From the NCBI GenBank assembly GCA_049997875.1, contig JBEKRC010000003.1, forward strand, positions 183,885-247,884: a DNA stretch of 64,000 nt. The letters are read 5' to 3'. The first letter of the stretch is position 1, and every line of letters begins with the position of its first letter. The DNA comes from Minisyncoccia bacterium. GTDB taxonomy: Bacteria; Patescibacteriota; Minisyncoccia; UBA6257; 2-01-FULL-56-20. The position numbers were made by a program, and so were the translations under genes. The notes below the pieces were generated by a model, which worked only from the letters and a program-made list of their open reading frames with translations, did no database searches and was not told the DNA's origin. Shown piece after piece: positions 20,667 through 29,741 of this stretch.

Positions 20667-21107
20667 ATGAAAAAGCTACGACTATTCATTGCCGCGGTCG
20701 CTCTCGCGGCCACCATGGCACCGGCTATCATACGGGCGGACATTGTCGCACCGAATGACGCATTGCGGGCGCCCGCATCGGACCCCGCGCGGGCCGAAAC
20801 CACGCTCCACGTGCGGGTAACGGCATATGCGAGCACACCGGACGAAACCGATAGCACGCCATTTATCACGGCGTCCGGCATGAGGGTGCATGACGGCATC
20901 GTGGCGACCAACGTACTGCCGTTTGGCACCAAGATAAAAATTCCTGCGCTCTTCGGCGAAAAGACCTTCACCGTGGAAGACCGCATGGCTCCCCGCATGA
21001 AAAACGTGGTGGACGTTTGGATGCCGACGAGAGCTGCCGCACTCCGGTTCGGCGCGAACGATGCCGATATCGCAATCGTCGCGGATCACATGCTCTCTCA
21101 AAAATAA
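20667..21107 (+). CDS. 3D-domain (RlpA/MltA-like) secreted cell-wall-binding protein
   Basis: Signal peptide MKKLRLFIAAVALAATMAPA. TAYASTPDETDSTPFITASG...HDGIVA...LPFGTKIKIP...TFTVEDRM is the 3D-domain signature. Start placed at the internal Met after the leader hairpin. Confidence 0.7.
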   Translation: MKKLRLFIAAVALAATMAPAIIRADIVAPNDALRAPASDPARAETTLHVRVTAYASTPDETDSTPFITASGMRVHDGIVATNVLPFGTKIKIPALFGEKTFTVEDRMAPRMKNVVDVWMPTRAAALRFGANDADIAIVADHMLSQK

Positions 21108-21111
21108 ACCG

Positions 21112-21759
21112 CTACGGATTCACCGCGGACTTCAAGAGCGCGTAATCCCCGCGGAAAAGATTTTTCGCCATATGAAAGACGCCGAATGCGATAAAAAGCG
21201 CGGAGAACACGTCTATGGAATAGTGAAGGTGCCCAAGGAGCACGGAAACGCCGCCGATCGTGGCGAATGCGAAGAAAAGATATCGTAAATATTTTTCGTC
21301 CCAGAAGACGAAGGCAAGCATGAAGGGCAATCCGGTATGCGCCGAAAAGAAGAGATCGTCGCCGGAGCTGAATTTATAGAAGAAATCGGTAGTATCAAGG
21401 TAAGAATGTATCTCTGGCGGCGCGATATGCGTAAGCACCATAAAGAGAGAACGAATGAATGTAAAAAGGGCGATGCTTTTCAATACAAAGGGGATCCGCC
21501 GCGGCTCGTAAAAAATAATGAGAAGCGTGACGACATAGAAAATAGTAGCTCCCTCCGTGAAGACAAAGTCCACGTTCACGACAGGAATATTATCCAAGAT
21601 AATGTCCGTGACGGTATTTGATGCGTGCGTCACCGTAAAAATATTCGCGTAATACGTGGCAAAGAGCGCAGCCGCATAGAATAACGCGCCGAGAATCACC
21701 CCGATGAGGAAGCTCTTTTTTGTCCAAATACCTCTATGTTTTTGTATAAATCTCTCCAT
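21112..21759 (-). CDS. PAP2-superfamily integral membrane protein
   Basis: Multi-TM protein with EPRRIPF (KxxxxxxRP-like), FSAHTG (PSGH-like) and HLHYSIDV (HxxxD) motif order. Confidence 0.55.
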   Translation of the reverse strand: MERFIQKHRGIWTKKSFLIGVILGALFYAAALFATYYANIFTVTHASNTVTDIILDNIPVVNVDFVFTEGATIFYVVTLLIIFYEPRRIPFVLKSIALFTFIRSLFMVLTHIAPPEIHSYLDTTDFFYKFSSGDDLFFSAHTGLPFMLAFVFWDEKYLRYLFFAFATIGGVSVLLGHLHYSIDVFSALFIAFGVFHMAKNLFRGDYALLKSAVNP

Positions 21760-23684
21760 TAGCGAACATGAAGCTTGGCCTCGCGCACGAGCCCGGCTAC
21801 AATCACATCAATATCCATCGTAGCCACCGCGACGAACTTGTCAGCTCCCCCGTAATACACATAGAGCTCGCGCTTCATCATAACCGCCCCGCAGGGAAAA
21901 ACAACATTCGGAACCACACCCTCTTTTTCGTACGGCATTGTGGGCTCCAAAAGCGGATCGTGCGTCCGGTAGAGCACGAGCGAGGGATCTTTGGCATCAA
22001 GAAGCGCGGCGCGGATGTTGTAATGGCCCGTACGGCGCGAAATGCCGTGATAGAAAAGCAGCCATCCATATTCGGTTTCTATCGGCGGCGAAGTGCCGCC
22101 GATCCGCTTTGAATCCCATTCGCTCGGGCGCGGCTGCATAAGAATCTTTCCGCCGAGGAACTTCGTCTCGCCGTCAAAATTCAAATCATTCACGGAATCA
22201 ATCCAGATATCCGACCCAAGACGGTGCAAGAACCAATACTTCCCGCCGATCTTTTTCGGGAAGAGCGCGGCATCCTTGTCGTCAAGTCCGGGCGGCGAAA
22301 TCAAGACCGACTTCGTCCAATGCCACGTATGGTCGTCAAAATCCTTCGCGCTGATTGACGTGAATGCCACGCGCGGAGGATCTTTCCCGTCAAACGCGGT
22401 GTAGCACATGTAAATCGTATCTCCTATCTGCGTGAGCCGCGGATCCTCGCAGCCGGAGTTGCCGCCGGGCACGAGCTTTTGCTCAAAACCTTCGCGCGGC
22501 GCGTAAACCGGATCCTGAAGCCGCTCCGTAACATGCATACCATCCACCGAGCTTGCGTATCCGATGACCGACGTATTGTCGTCGGACATCGCGCGGTAGA
22601 GGATCCGCACTTTGCCGTTCAAAAATATCGCCCCGGGATTGAAGGTCGCTTTGGCTTCCCATGCGTGTTCCTTGACCGGCGCGACGATGGGATTGCCTTC
22701 AAAGCGAACAAGTTCCCGCTGTTTCGTGAAGACCAGTTGTTCCAAAAGGTCATCGAGCGCCAGCACTGCGACGCAAGAAACCGTGTCTGCGGCGCCATAG
22801 TACAAATACACGTCTTTCTTGCAAACGAGCGCACCCGACGGAAACACAATGTGCGGCACGCGGCCGTAATGCTCGTATTCTTCCTCCGGCACAAGGAACG
22901 GCCGCTTCACCTCGCCCACGATCTTTCTCGGATCATTCATGCCCAAAAGCACCGCCTGCACCCCGAAGATCGCCGGCGGCGAAAAATAATTGTAAATATA
23001 AGAGTAAAAAACGAGCCAGCCGTCCTTGGTTTTCAAGGGCGCCGCGCCGACCTCCACTTGGTCCTTCTCCGAGTTTTCTTCAATACCAATACTGTGGCTT
23101 TTCCAATCGGCATACCATACGTTCCAGTATTCTTCCGACCAAATGTCTTCAATGCGATCAAAAAGCGCGAGGCAGATCTTCGCCGGCGGCCGATCGGTGT
23201 TCACCGTAAGAATCGCCGCGATCTTGCCGTTTACGCGCTCCGGAAAAAGCGCCATCGCCTTCGCGTTGAAAGGCGTCACAAGATGTTTCTCTCGTATCGT
23301 CCTGCAATCTTCGGTGATTGCGACGGCCGCCTTGATGCCGTCCGCGGAAAATTCACTGACCGCCGTGTAAAAAATATAATGCCTTCCTTCAAACGTCGTA
23401 GCGCGGGGATCTTCGCAGCCGTAGCGTTCCCAGTCGTACTCCGGACCGAAGAGCCGCTCGCGGTTCTTGAAATGAACGCCATCCTCGCTGACCGCGTGGC
23501 CGATTACAGAAACTTCTGCTTCGCGGTCTCCGACCTTTTGCCTCGCGCCCGTCGCGCGATAGAGCATGTGGATCAGGCCGCCTTCCGTGATGACGCATGG
23601 ATTGTACGCGGCGACGGATTCCCATGCCGATCGGGAATCGGGCAAAAGAACCGGATTCTCGGACAAACGCCTAACGAATGGCAT
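21759..23684 (-). CDS. tandem two-domain GH130-family glycoside phosphorylase-like protein
   Basis: Two repeats each carrying NPxxI/NPGAIF...YRA...GCEDPR...YTAFDG motifs; 641 aa. Confidence 0.8.
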   Translation of the reverse strand: MPFVRRLSENPVLLPDSRSAWESVAAYNPCVITEGGLIHMLYRATGARQKVGDREAEVSVIGHAVSEDGVHFKNRERLFGPEYDWERYGCEDPRATTFEGRHYIFYTAVSEFSADGIKAAVAITEDCRTIREKHLVTPFNAKAMALFPERVNGKIAAILTVNTDRPPAKICLALFDRIEDIWSEEYWNVWYADWKSHSIGIEENSEKDQVEVGAAPLKTKDGWLVFYSYIYNYFSPPAIFGVQAVLLGMNDPRKIVGEVKRPFLVPEEEYEHYGRVPHIVFPSGALVCKKDVYLYYGAADTVSCVAVLALDDLLEQLVFTKQRELVRFEGNPIVAPVKEHAWEAKATFNPGAIFLNGKVRILYRAMSDDNTSVIGYASSVDGMHVTERLQDPVYAPREGFEQKLVPGGNSGCEDPRLTQIGDTIYMCYTAFDGKDPPRVAFTSISAKDFDDHTWHWTKSVLISPPGLDDKDAALFPKKIGGKYWFLHRLGSDIWIDSVNDLNFDGETKFLGGKILMQPRPSEWDSKRIGGTSPPIETEYGWLLFYHGISRRTGHYNIRAALLDAKDPSLVLYRTHDPLLEPTMPYEKEGVVPNVVFPCGAVMMKRELYVYYGGADKFVAVATMDIDVIVAGLVREAKLHVR

Positions 23685-24921
23685 CGTGCAGCCTTGGCGC
23701 GCCGTAGCGTTTCAGCTCCTCGAGAAACGCATCGAGCTTGGCCATCGCCACGCAAACCACGGAATCTCCCCCGCCGTAGTAGACATAGAGCTCGCCGTCT
23801 TTCACGACCGCGCCACAGGAATAGACGACTCCCGATTTGAATCCGCTGTTCTCGTAATGCATATCCGGCTCGAGGACCGGAGTCCGCGAACGATAAAGAA
23901 CGTTGGTAGGATCTTTGCTATCAAGTATCATTGCGCCGATCTTATAGCGGTTGGGATCGCGCACGTCCATTGCATGATAAAAAAGCAACCATCCAAGTTT
24001 TGTCCTGATGGGCGGCGGCCCCGCGCCACGGATCCAGCTATCCCAGCTCCCCGTGCGTGAAAGGCGGTCATAATGGCTTCGGATGACTATTTTCTCATTT
24101 TCCAATTCTTCCAAGCTGTCAAAATATTCAATTTCAACGCGCGGAGAAATGCTGTGCAGAATGGCGAATTTGCCGTTGATCTTCTCCGGGAAGAGCACCC
24201 AGTTCTTGTGGATCTCGCCGGGCGGCGAGATGAGTGCCGGTTCCTTCCATGTCCAGCGTTTCTTCAGGAAATCCTCCAAACTGATGGAAGACAGCGCAAT
24301 GCGGATGGAGCCCCAACCGTCGAATGCGGTGTACATGAGATACACCGTATCGTCGAGAAGCGTAAGACGGGGATCCTCGCAGCCGCCGTTCCATCCTCCC
24401 CCGGAAGCGTACGCAACGGGCGCAACCGGCGTTTCCGACATCGGTCTCTTGCGGCCGACGGGGACAAATGCAGGCCGATCCAAACGCTCCGCAATCGTCA
24501 CTCCGTCATCGCTCCGCGCATATCCCAACACCGATATGTCATCACCGCCGATGGCACGGTAGAGAAGATGGACGCGCCGATCCGCATATACCGCGCCGGG
24601 ATTGAAGGTCGCTTTCATTTCCCAATATTGCCCTCCGTGCGACTCTATGATGGGATTGTTCTCGTGCCGCACAAGTTGATGAAGCACCGCGCGCGCGCGT
24701 TCCTGTTTTTCTCTCCGCGCCCGCGCGAGCGCCGCGCGCCGCAAGGTCCGCAACAATGCGGTGTGGCGGGAAATGGATTTCTTTGGGCGACCTCGCGCCG
24801 CACGCCTTTTGGGAGAAGCGCGGGAAGACTTTTTCCTGATTACTCTACGGGGCGGTGGCATCGTATTAACGGCGTCAAAGCGTGGGGGGGGCAACCCCCA
24901 TGTCGTTACTTCATTATACAC
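23671..24921 (-). CDS. GH130-family glycoside phosphorylase-like protein (N-terminus uncertain)
   Basis: NPIIES...ATFNPGAVY...GCEDPRLT...YTAFDGW motifs. The first ~80 aa are extremely Arg/Lys-rich and may be a mis-called start. Confidence 0.72.
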   Translation of the reverse strand: MYNEVTTWGLPPPRFDAVNTMPPPRRVIRKKSSRASPKRRAARGRPKKSISRHTALLRTLRRAALARARREKQERARAVLHQLVRHENNPIIESHGGQYWEMKATFNPGAVYADRRVHLLYRAIGGDDISVLGYARSDDGVTIAERLDRPAFVPVGRKRPMSETPVAPVAYASGGGWNGGCEDPRLTLLDDTVYLMYTAFDGWGSIRIALSSISLEDFLKKRWTWKEPALISPPGEIHKNWVLFPEKINGKFAILHSISPRVEIEYFDSLEELENEKIVIRSHYDRLSRTGSWDSWIRGAGPPPIRTKLGWLLFYHAMDVRDPNRYKIGAMILDSKDPTNVLYRSRTPVLEPDMHYENSGFKSGVVYSCGAVVKDGELYVYYGGGDSVVCVAMAKLDAFLEELKRYGAPRLHDAIR

Positions 24922-24946
24922 TATACGTACGCCGCGAAAGTTCCCG

Positions 24947-26134
24947 TCAGTGCATAACTCCCCACGTCGCAGGGTCCAAATCCCCGTCCGCCTTGAAAAG
25001 CATCGCTCCGCGAAGCCCGTATTTCTTGGCTAAGGCGATTTTGTCCGCCGTTGACTGCACATCGCTGAAAGAAGCAAAAAAAGTAGTGGAGGTATTGGGG
25101 TTGGCCGTTGCGAGGGCGGCAGGAAGCGTAGAGGCGACAATGGAGGTCAATGCAGGACCTACGTTATTGATGTGCGTGCTTGAGGCAAAGGTGAAACTCA
25201 ACTCACCGGCGTTATTGCGGTACGGCGCGATGCCCAAACTATCCGCCCGATCCATCGCTTGAAAAAACGTAAAGCTGCGCACCCTCTCGTACGTGGTCGC
25301 CCCCATATTCCACGAAACCTGATATTCGTAACCGTATGTCGGGATGCCAAGTATAACTTTCTTCGGACTGATCGTCGTAATCGTATTCTTGATCACTTTT
25401 TCCACCCATGCCGGATCCGCGGTCGGCGCGTAGAGCCTGCCGTTCCCTTTTGAGGCGTCAAGTTTGATGTCAATCGTTCCCTGGTCGTAGGCCATGACAC
25501 GCACCTCGTCGCAATATTTATTGAGCACGGCGTAATCTTCAGCATATTGGACCGCGGGCAACGGGTTTGAATCATAGAGCGAACCCACGGGCGTTCGCGG
25601 CACGACGGTGCAGGCAAGCGCCTTCCCCACCGGGTGCAACCGGAGCGCGAGCCCATAGATAAAAAGGGAATAATACGGTTTTGTACTGGACGTCATGCCT
25701 TCAAAATCAATATCAATGCCGTCAAATTTTTCCGATTTCACGAGCGCGGCGATCGTATCTTCTTCCGCCTGGCGCTTTTTGGCATTGGAAAGAAGCTTAT
25801 AAATATTTGGCGTATCAAACCAAGCGATGGTGGGAATGATCCTAACGCCGGCGTCGCGCACGGCGCCGAACCACGCGTCCCATGAACCGTTGCCGATGCG
25901 GAGGTCATCGATCAAGGCGCCACTGGAACTCAATTCATACGAGAATGGACTCACCTCATGAAGGGCGTTGAGGTTCACCGCGATGTCCGCCGCACCGTCC
26001 TGGCTTTTCCAAAACGGCAGCCAGACACCGTAGTAGAATGGCGTCTTTGTGGCTGCGCGCGCCGCGCCCGCGAAGATCGCGGCCGGCGCCGCTAGAAGCA
26101 CTATAAAGATTGTGGCAACGACTTTTGTTTTCAC
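24947..26134 (-). CDS. secreted GH18-family glycoside hydrolase (chitinase-like)
   Basis: Signal peptide; catalytic DGIDIDFE (DxxDxDxE) motif; 395 aa. Confidence 0.8.
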   Translation of the reverse strand: MKTKVVATIFIVLLAAPAAIFAGAARAATKTPFYYGVWLPFWKSQDGAADIAVNLNALHEVSPFSYELSSSGALIDDLRIGNGSWDAWFGAVRDAGVRIIPTIAWFDTPNIYKLLSNAKKRQAEEDTIAALVKSEKFDGIDIDFEGMTSSTKPYYSLFIYGLALRLHPVGKALACTVVPRTPVGSLYDSNPLPAVQYAEDYAVLNKYCDEVRVMAYDQGTIDIKLDASKGNGRLYAPTADPAWVEKVIKNTITTISPKKVILGIPTYGYEYQVSWNMGATTYERVRSFTFFQAMDRADSLGIAPYRNNAGELSFTFASSTHINNVGPALTSIVASTLPAALATANPNTSTTFFASFSDVQSTADKIALAKKYGLRGAMLFKADGDLDPATWGVMH

Positions 26135-26994
26135 GTGACAAATCCTTCCCGTGCAAGCGCATGTACGATCTTCCGGACCCGCCGAGGGGGTTCTTTGGTC
26201 CTTCGGCTTATCTGCCGGACGAGCGACGCACGGGAAATATTCCCGAAACCACGTCCGAAGAGCAATATCCGCAATATTTTGCCACGCAACTCGCGATCCG
26301 AGCCCAGAAACCGCGGCTGCGTTTTGTAATGAGCGCTTTTCCGATTCGGATTTTGGACGCCGCTCTGGCCGTCGCGCCCGCTATCCCTTGCACCGGTTCG
26401 ACTCATCGCGCCAAGCATCGCGCCGTAATCCATAAGCGCCCAATACCACTCGCGCACGTTCTTCCGAGGGAGGGTTCGTTTGATATAACGTGCGATCTCT
26501 TGGTCGGTTACCCGCCGCCGGGCCGATCGGCAAGAAAAGAAAAAATGAATAAAGACGCGGCGGATGTTCGTTTCAATAAAGACCTCGGGCTCGTTCCATA
26601 CAAATGCGCGGATGGCGCCCGCCGTCGCTTTCCCTATCCCGGGCAGCGATTCAAGTTCGGCGCGACCGTGCGGGAGCTCGCCATCAAATTTTCCCAAGAC
26701 GGCGCTTGACAGGCGTTGGAGCGCAAGCGCGCGCCGGTTATACCCCATCCCCTGCCACGCGCGGAGTACGTCTGCCGTCTTTGCCTGTGCAAGCGTGCGG
26801 AAATTCGGGAATTTTCCGATGAAAAACGGGTAGAACTTCACCACCCGTGCGACCTGCGTCTGTTGAAGCATGATCTCCGAGATCAAGATGCGATACGGAT
26901 CGCGCGTCCGCCGCCACGGCATATCACGCCCGTGCCGACGGTGATAATCCCGGATAACCCTTTTAAAGCGGGCTGTGGACATCTTCTTAATCAT
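26131..26994 (-). CDS. mutY: HhH-GPD DNA glycosylase, MutY/A-G-specific adenine glycosylase-like
   Basis: MPWRRTRDPYRILISEIMLQQTQV...LPGIGKATAGAI (HhH-GPD). Start placed at the internal Met (MIKKMSTARF); the ORF-track start at 27153 adds 53 unlikely residues. The start is ambiguous among Mets at 27009, 26994 and 26982. Confidence 0.72.
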   Translation of the reverse strand: MIKKMSTARFKRVIRDYHRRHGRDMPWRRTRDPYRILISEIMLQQTQVARVVKFYPFFIGKFPNFRTLAQAKTADVLRAWQGMGYNRRALALQRLSSAVLGKFDGELPHGRAELESLPGIGKATAGAIRAFVWNEPEVFIETNIRRVFIHFFFSCRSARRRVTDQEIARYIKRTLPRKNVREWYWALMDYGAMLGAMSRTGARDSGRDGQSGVQNPNRKSAHYKTQPRFLGSDRELRGKILRILLFGRGFGNISRASLVRQISRRTKEPPRRVRKIVHALAREGFVT

Positions 26995-27077
26995 AAACCA
27001 ACATCCCATTATCGGACGAGCGGCAGCTTCAGACTCTTGCACGCACCCTCCAACTCCCCTATACTGAATAATAAGCA

Positions 27078-27554
27078 ATGGATAAAAAGTTTTTGGGATC
27101 GTTGTTTGGCAAAAAAGCGGAACCCGAAGACCGTTACGTGATCGAGCTAGCACGGGCGAACAGCGCTCTCGCCGCGCGCTCGCACATCGGCCGCGCGCAG
27201 ATCACCGAACCGCCGCCAGAACCGGAAGGACAGCTCACGGTAGACATCTACCAGACGCCGGACGACATCGTCGTCCAATCTGCGATCGCCGGCGTCCGGC
27301 CGGAGGACATTGACATCAACGTGACGCCCGATTCCATCGTGATCCGCGGTTTGCGCCACCGTGAGGTGGTGGACAAAGAACACGATTATCTCTACCAAGA
27401 GTGCTACTGGGGACGTTTTGCCCGCTCCGTCATCCTCCCCGAAGAGGTGGACCCCGAGAGCGCCGACGTCACCTTCAAGAACGGCATCCTTACGGTCCGC
27501 CTCCCGAAGGCCAACCGCAAAAAGATGCGCAAGCTCAAAGTGCGCGTGGACTAG
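27078..27554 (+). CDS. small heat-shock protein (Hsp20/alpha-crystallin)
   Basis: LTVDIYQTPDDIVVQSAIAGVRPEDIDI...GILTVRLPK alpha-crystallin domain. Confidence 0.9.
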   Translation: MDKKFLGSLFGKKAEPEDRYVIELARANSALAARSHIGRAQITEPPPEPEGQLTVDIYQTPDDIVVQSAIAGVRPEDIDINVTPDSIVIRGLRHREVVDKEHDYLYQECYWGRFARSVILPEEVDPESADVTFKNGILTVRLPKANRKKMRKLKVRVD

Positions 27555-27600
27555 CATAAAGATCCAAAAATTCCGGCACTCGCTCCTCAGAGCAAGAACG

Positions 27601-28602
27601 CTACAAGAAGTGAAGGATGAGCCTCACGAGCGCGAAGCATACGAGTCCGATTATGACAAGATACGGAACCAACTGGAACCTCCAGTCCGGCGTGGGTGGA
27701 AGCTTTTGCGTGCTGTAGGCCGCAAGGCGTTCGTTCCCGGCCTTGTCGATCGCCCGAACCTCGATCATGCCGTCAAGGTTCTGATTTCTAATAAGATAGG
27801 GACTTATAGCCCGGATCCAGTTCCACTGGCTCTCCGGCAGACCAAGATCCTTCGTCGGTACCTCGGCAACCTCGTAATGGTCCACGCCTGTCTGCTTGTC
27901 AACCGTGGAAAAGACGGCAAAAAGCTGACCGTCAAAGAGCATGGGGTTACGGTACACGCGCACCGCGAAGGGTTCCGGAGGAGTCGTATCGCTCTCAATC
28001 GCATTCTCCAGAGCGCTCAAGGGCGCGTATTCCCCCTTCAAGAGCTCGGTATAGGTCGCGCCGCCGAGAGAGAGCTTGGCCAACGTTCCCAAACCGTCGT
28101 TTAACACCGCTTCCGTCGTGCTTTCGAAGGCGAGACTTGCCGTGAGGGGTATGCTGCTTGACGTAATAGCGGTGGACGTTGGAAAACGGAAATAAATCGT
28201 GGCCAGTTTGTTGCTCAACGAGGGATCGCCCGCCACGCGGCCGCAGTATCCGCCGGGCAAGCCGCCCACAAAGGACACAAGGCCGTAATCCTCATAGATG
28301 GTCGGCTGCTTCACCCACAGCGAAAAGATGGAATTGCCATCGCCCACATCCACCGCGTCAAGGATGTTCTTCGGGTACGCGAGGTCAACCTCCGCGGCGT
28401 TCACGCACTGGCTCCCGTTGTCCAACCGGACGTCCACGCCGAAGGTCACGCCCGGAGGGAACTTCCCCGTCGCGGGATCAAGATAGATCTGGGCCGCATG
28501 CGCGAACCCCGTCCCCATCATGACGACCGCAGGAAAAAGAACGGCAAGAATCTTAATCTTCATCAAGGGCACCTTCATCATATCACAGGTCAGCCGGTCC
28601 AA
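27601..28602 (-). CDS. membrane-anchored surface protein with N-terminal cohesin-like domain
   Basis: Signal peptide; AQIYLDPATGKFPPGVTFGVDVRLDN...NSIFSLWV...LATIYFRF resembles the cohesin pattern; C-terminal TM helix (LVPYLVIIGLVCFALVRLILHFL). Confidence 0.5.
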   Translation of the reverse strand: MDRLTCDMMKVPLMKIKILAVLFPAVVMMGTGFAHAAQIYLDPATGKFPPGVTFGVDVRLDNGSQCVNAAEVDLAYPKNILDAVDVGDGNSIFSLWVKQPTIYEDYGLVSFVGGLPGGYCGRVAGDPSLSNKLATIYFRFPTSTAITSSSIPLTASLAFESTTEAVLNDGLGTLAKLSLGGATYTELLKGEYAPLSALENAIESDTTPPEPFAVRVYRNPMLFDGQLFAVFSTVDKQTGVDHYEVAEVPTKDLGLPESQWNWIRAISPYLIRNQNLDGMIEVRAIDKAGNERLAAYSTQKLPPTPDWRFQLVPYLVIIGLVCFALVRLILHFL

Positions 28603-29741
28603 TAGAAAAGCATGATGCTCAGGTCTTGAAGGCCGACTTTATGGTCGCCGCTCAGCTCGGCGGGCGGATAGTCCGTGCCCCAATAGTAAAGGAGGATCGA
28701 AAAATCGGCGAGATTGACCCTGCCATCGCCGTTCAGGTCCGCGAGGACCGCTTTCCCACGGCCATTGTTACCGACATAAAAAGAAATAGCTTGGCTCACC
28801 GTGCTGCGGGCGACGGCGCCGTTCTGCGTCGTGATAAAGTCGGCATCAACCGTGTGAAATGCATTATTATCGAGCGGCGCGGTATCTATCGCCATTTTCC
28901 AATTTCCTTCCTGATCGGTGCTCGTCGTAAGCACGATATTTTTCCCCGAGTGGACATAGGCTTCAACGGTGACGGACGGGACCGATTGTCCGGAAATCGT
29001 AAGCGCATCCCCCTGCTTCGCCTGCCGTTTGTCTATGGAGATGGTGGGCGGAAGAAATGCGCCCGACACCGTCGTCACCGCACCTGCCGTGATCGTAAAG
29101 GTCGTCGTAAACGCGATTGATTTCAAGCCCGACGAATCTTCTGCCCAAAAGCCGAAGGTGGTGGCGCCGGGCGAAACGTTGGTCGTTGAAAAGTAAAAGT
29201 TCGCGCTTGTGTCGGCCTGCACGATACCGATGAGCGCGCCGTCCTTCAAAATATTCACGCTCGCGCCCGGGTACGCCTCGCCACGCACTATCACCTGGGT
29301 CTGCTTCGGCGACGAGTAACTTCCGCCAGAATATCCGCCGCCGCCAGCCGGCGCAGACCCCGGCAACGGCGCGAGAGATTCAATCTGGCACGTGGCCGAG
29401 CAGCCGGAACCGGTCGTCCCGTTCAAAGCGCCGGCATCGCACTGCTCACCGTACTGCGGTTGGAGAATGTCGTCGCCGCAATAGGGCCCCCACCCGCTGC
29501 AATCCGGCAGGCAATTCCTCCCCGCCGTGGAGGTCGCGTAGAGCCCGCTGTCCACCCCGTCGTCGCATACCTCAATGGGCGGCGTCACGATGCCATCGCC
29601 ACAGACGCTGACTAAGATCGTTGTCGTCGCCGAGAGCGATTGGGCAAACGCCACGTGCGCGCATAGCCCGACGCCGAAAAAACCCAGGGATATAAAGGCC
29701 GCGAGCCGGCCATCACTTATTTGGCGAAGGGGGCGGTGCAT
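28590..29741 (-). CDS. secreted protein with Cys-rich (CGDG...CDDG) repeats and C-terminal dockerin-like domain
   Basis: Start set at the internal Met giving a classic signal peptide (MHRPLRQ...LGFFGVGLCAHVAFA/QS). CGDGIVTPPIEVCDDG motif. C-terminus ADLNGDGRVNLADFSILLYYWG...DLSIMLFYWTG is a duplicated dockerin Ca-binding loop. Confidence 0.6.
   Translation of the reverse strand: MHRPLRQISDGRLAAFISLGFFGVGLCAHVAFAQSLSATTTILVSVCGDGIVTPPIEVCDDGVDSGLYATSTAGRNCLPDCSGWGPYCGDDILQPQYGEQCDAGALNGTTGSGCSATCQIESLAPLPGSAPAGGGGYSGGSYSSPKQTQVIVRGEAYPGASVNILKDGALIGIVQADTSANFYFSTTNVSPGATTFGFWAEDSSGLKSIAFTTTFTITAGAVTTVSGAFLPPTISIDKRQAKQGDALTISGQSVPSVTVEAYVHSGKNIVLTTSTDQEGNWKMAIDTAPLDNNAFHTVDADFITTQNGAVARSTVSQAISFYVGNNGRGKAVLADLNGDGRVNLADFSILLYYWGTDYPPAELSGDHKVGLQDLSIMLFYWTG

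Noticed and set aside
22479-23840. 453-aa plus-strand ORF
   Set aside because: Antisense to the tandem GH130 gene; Arg/His-rich junk composition.
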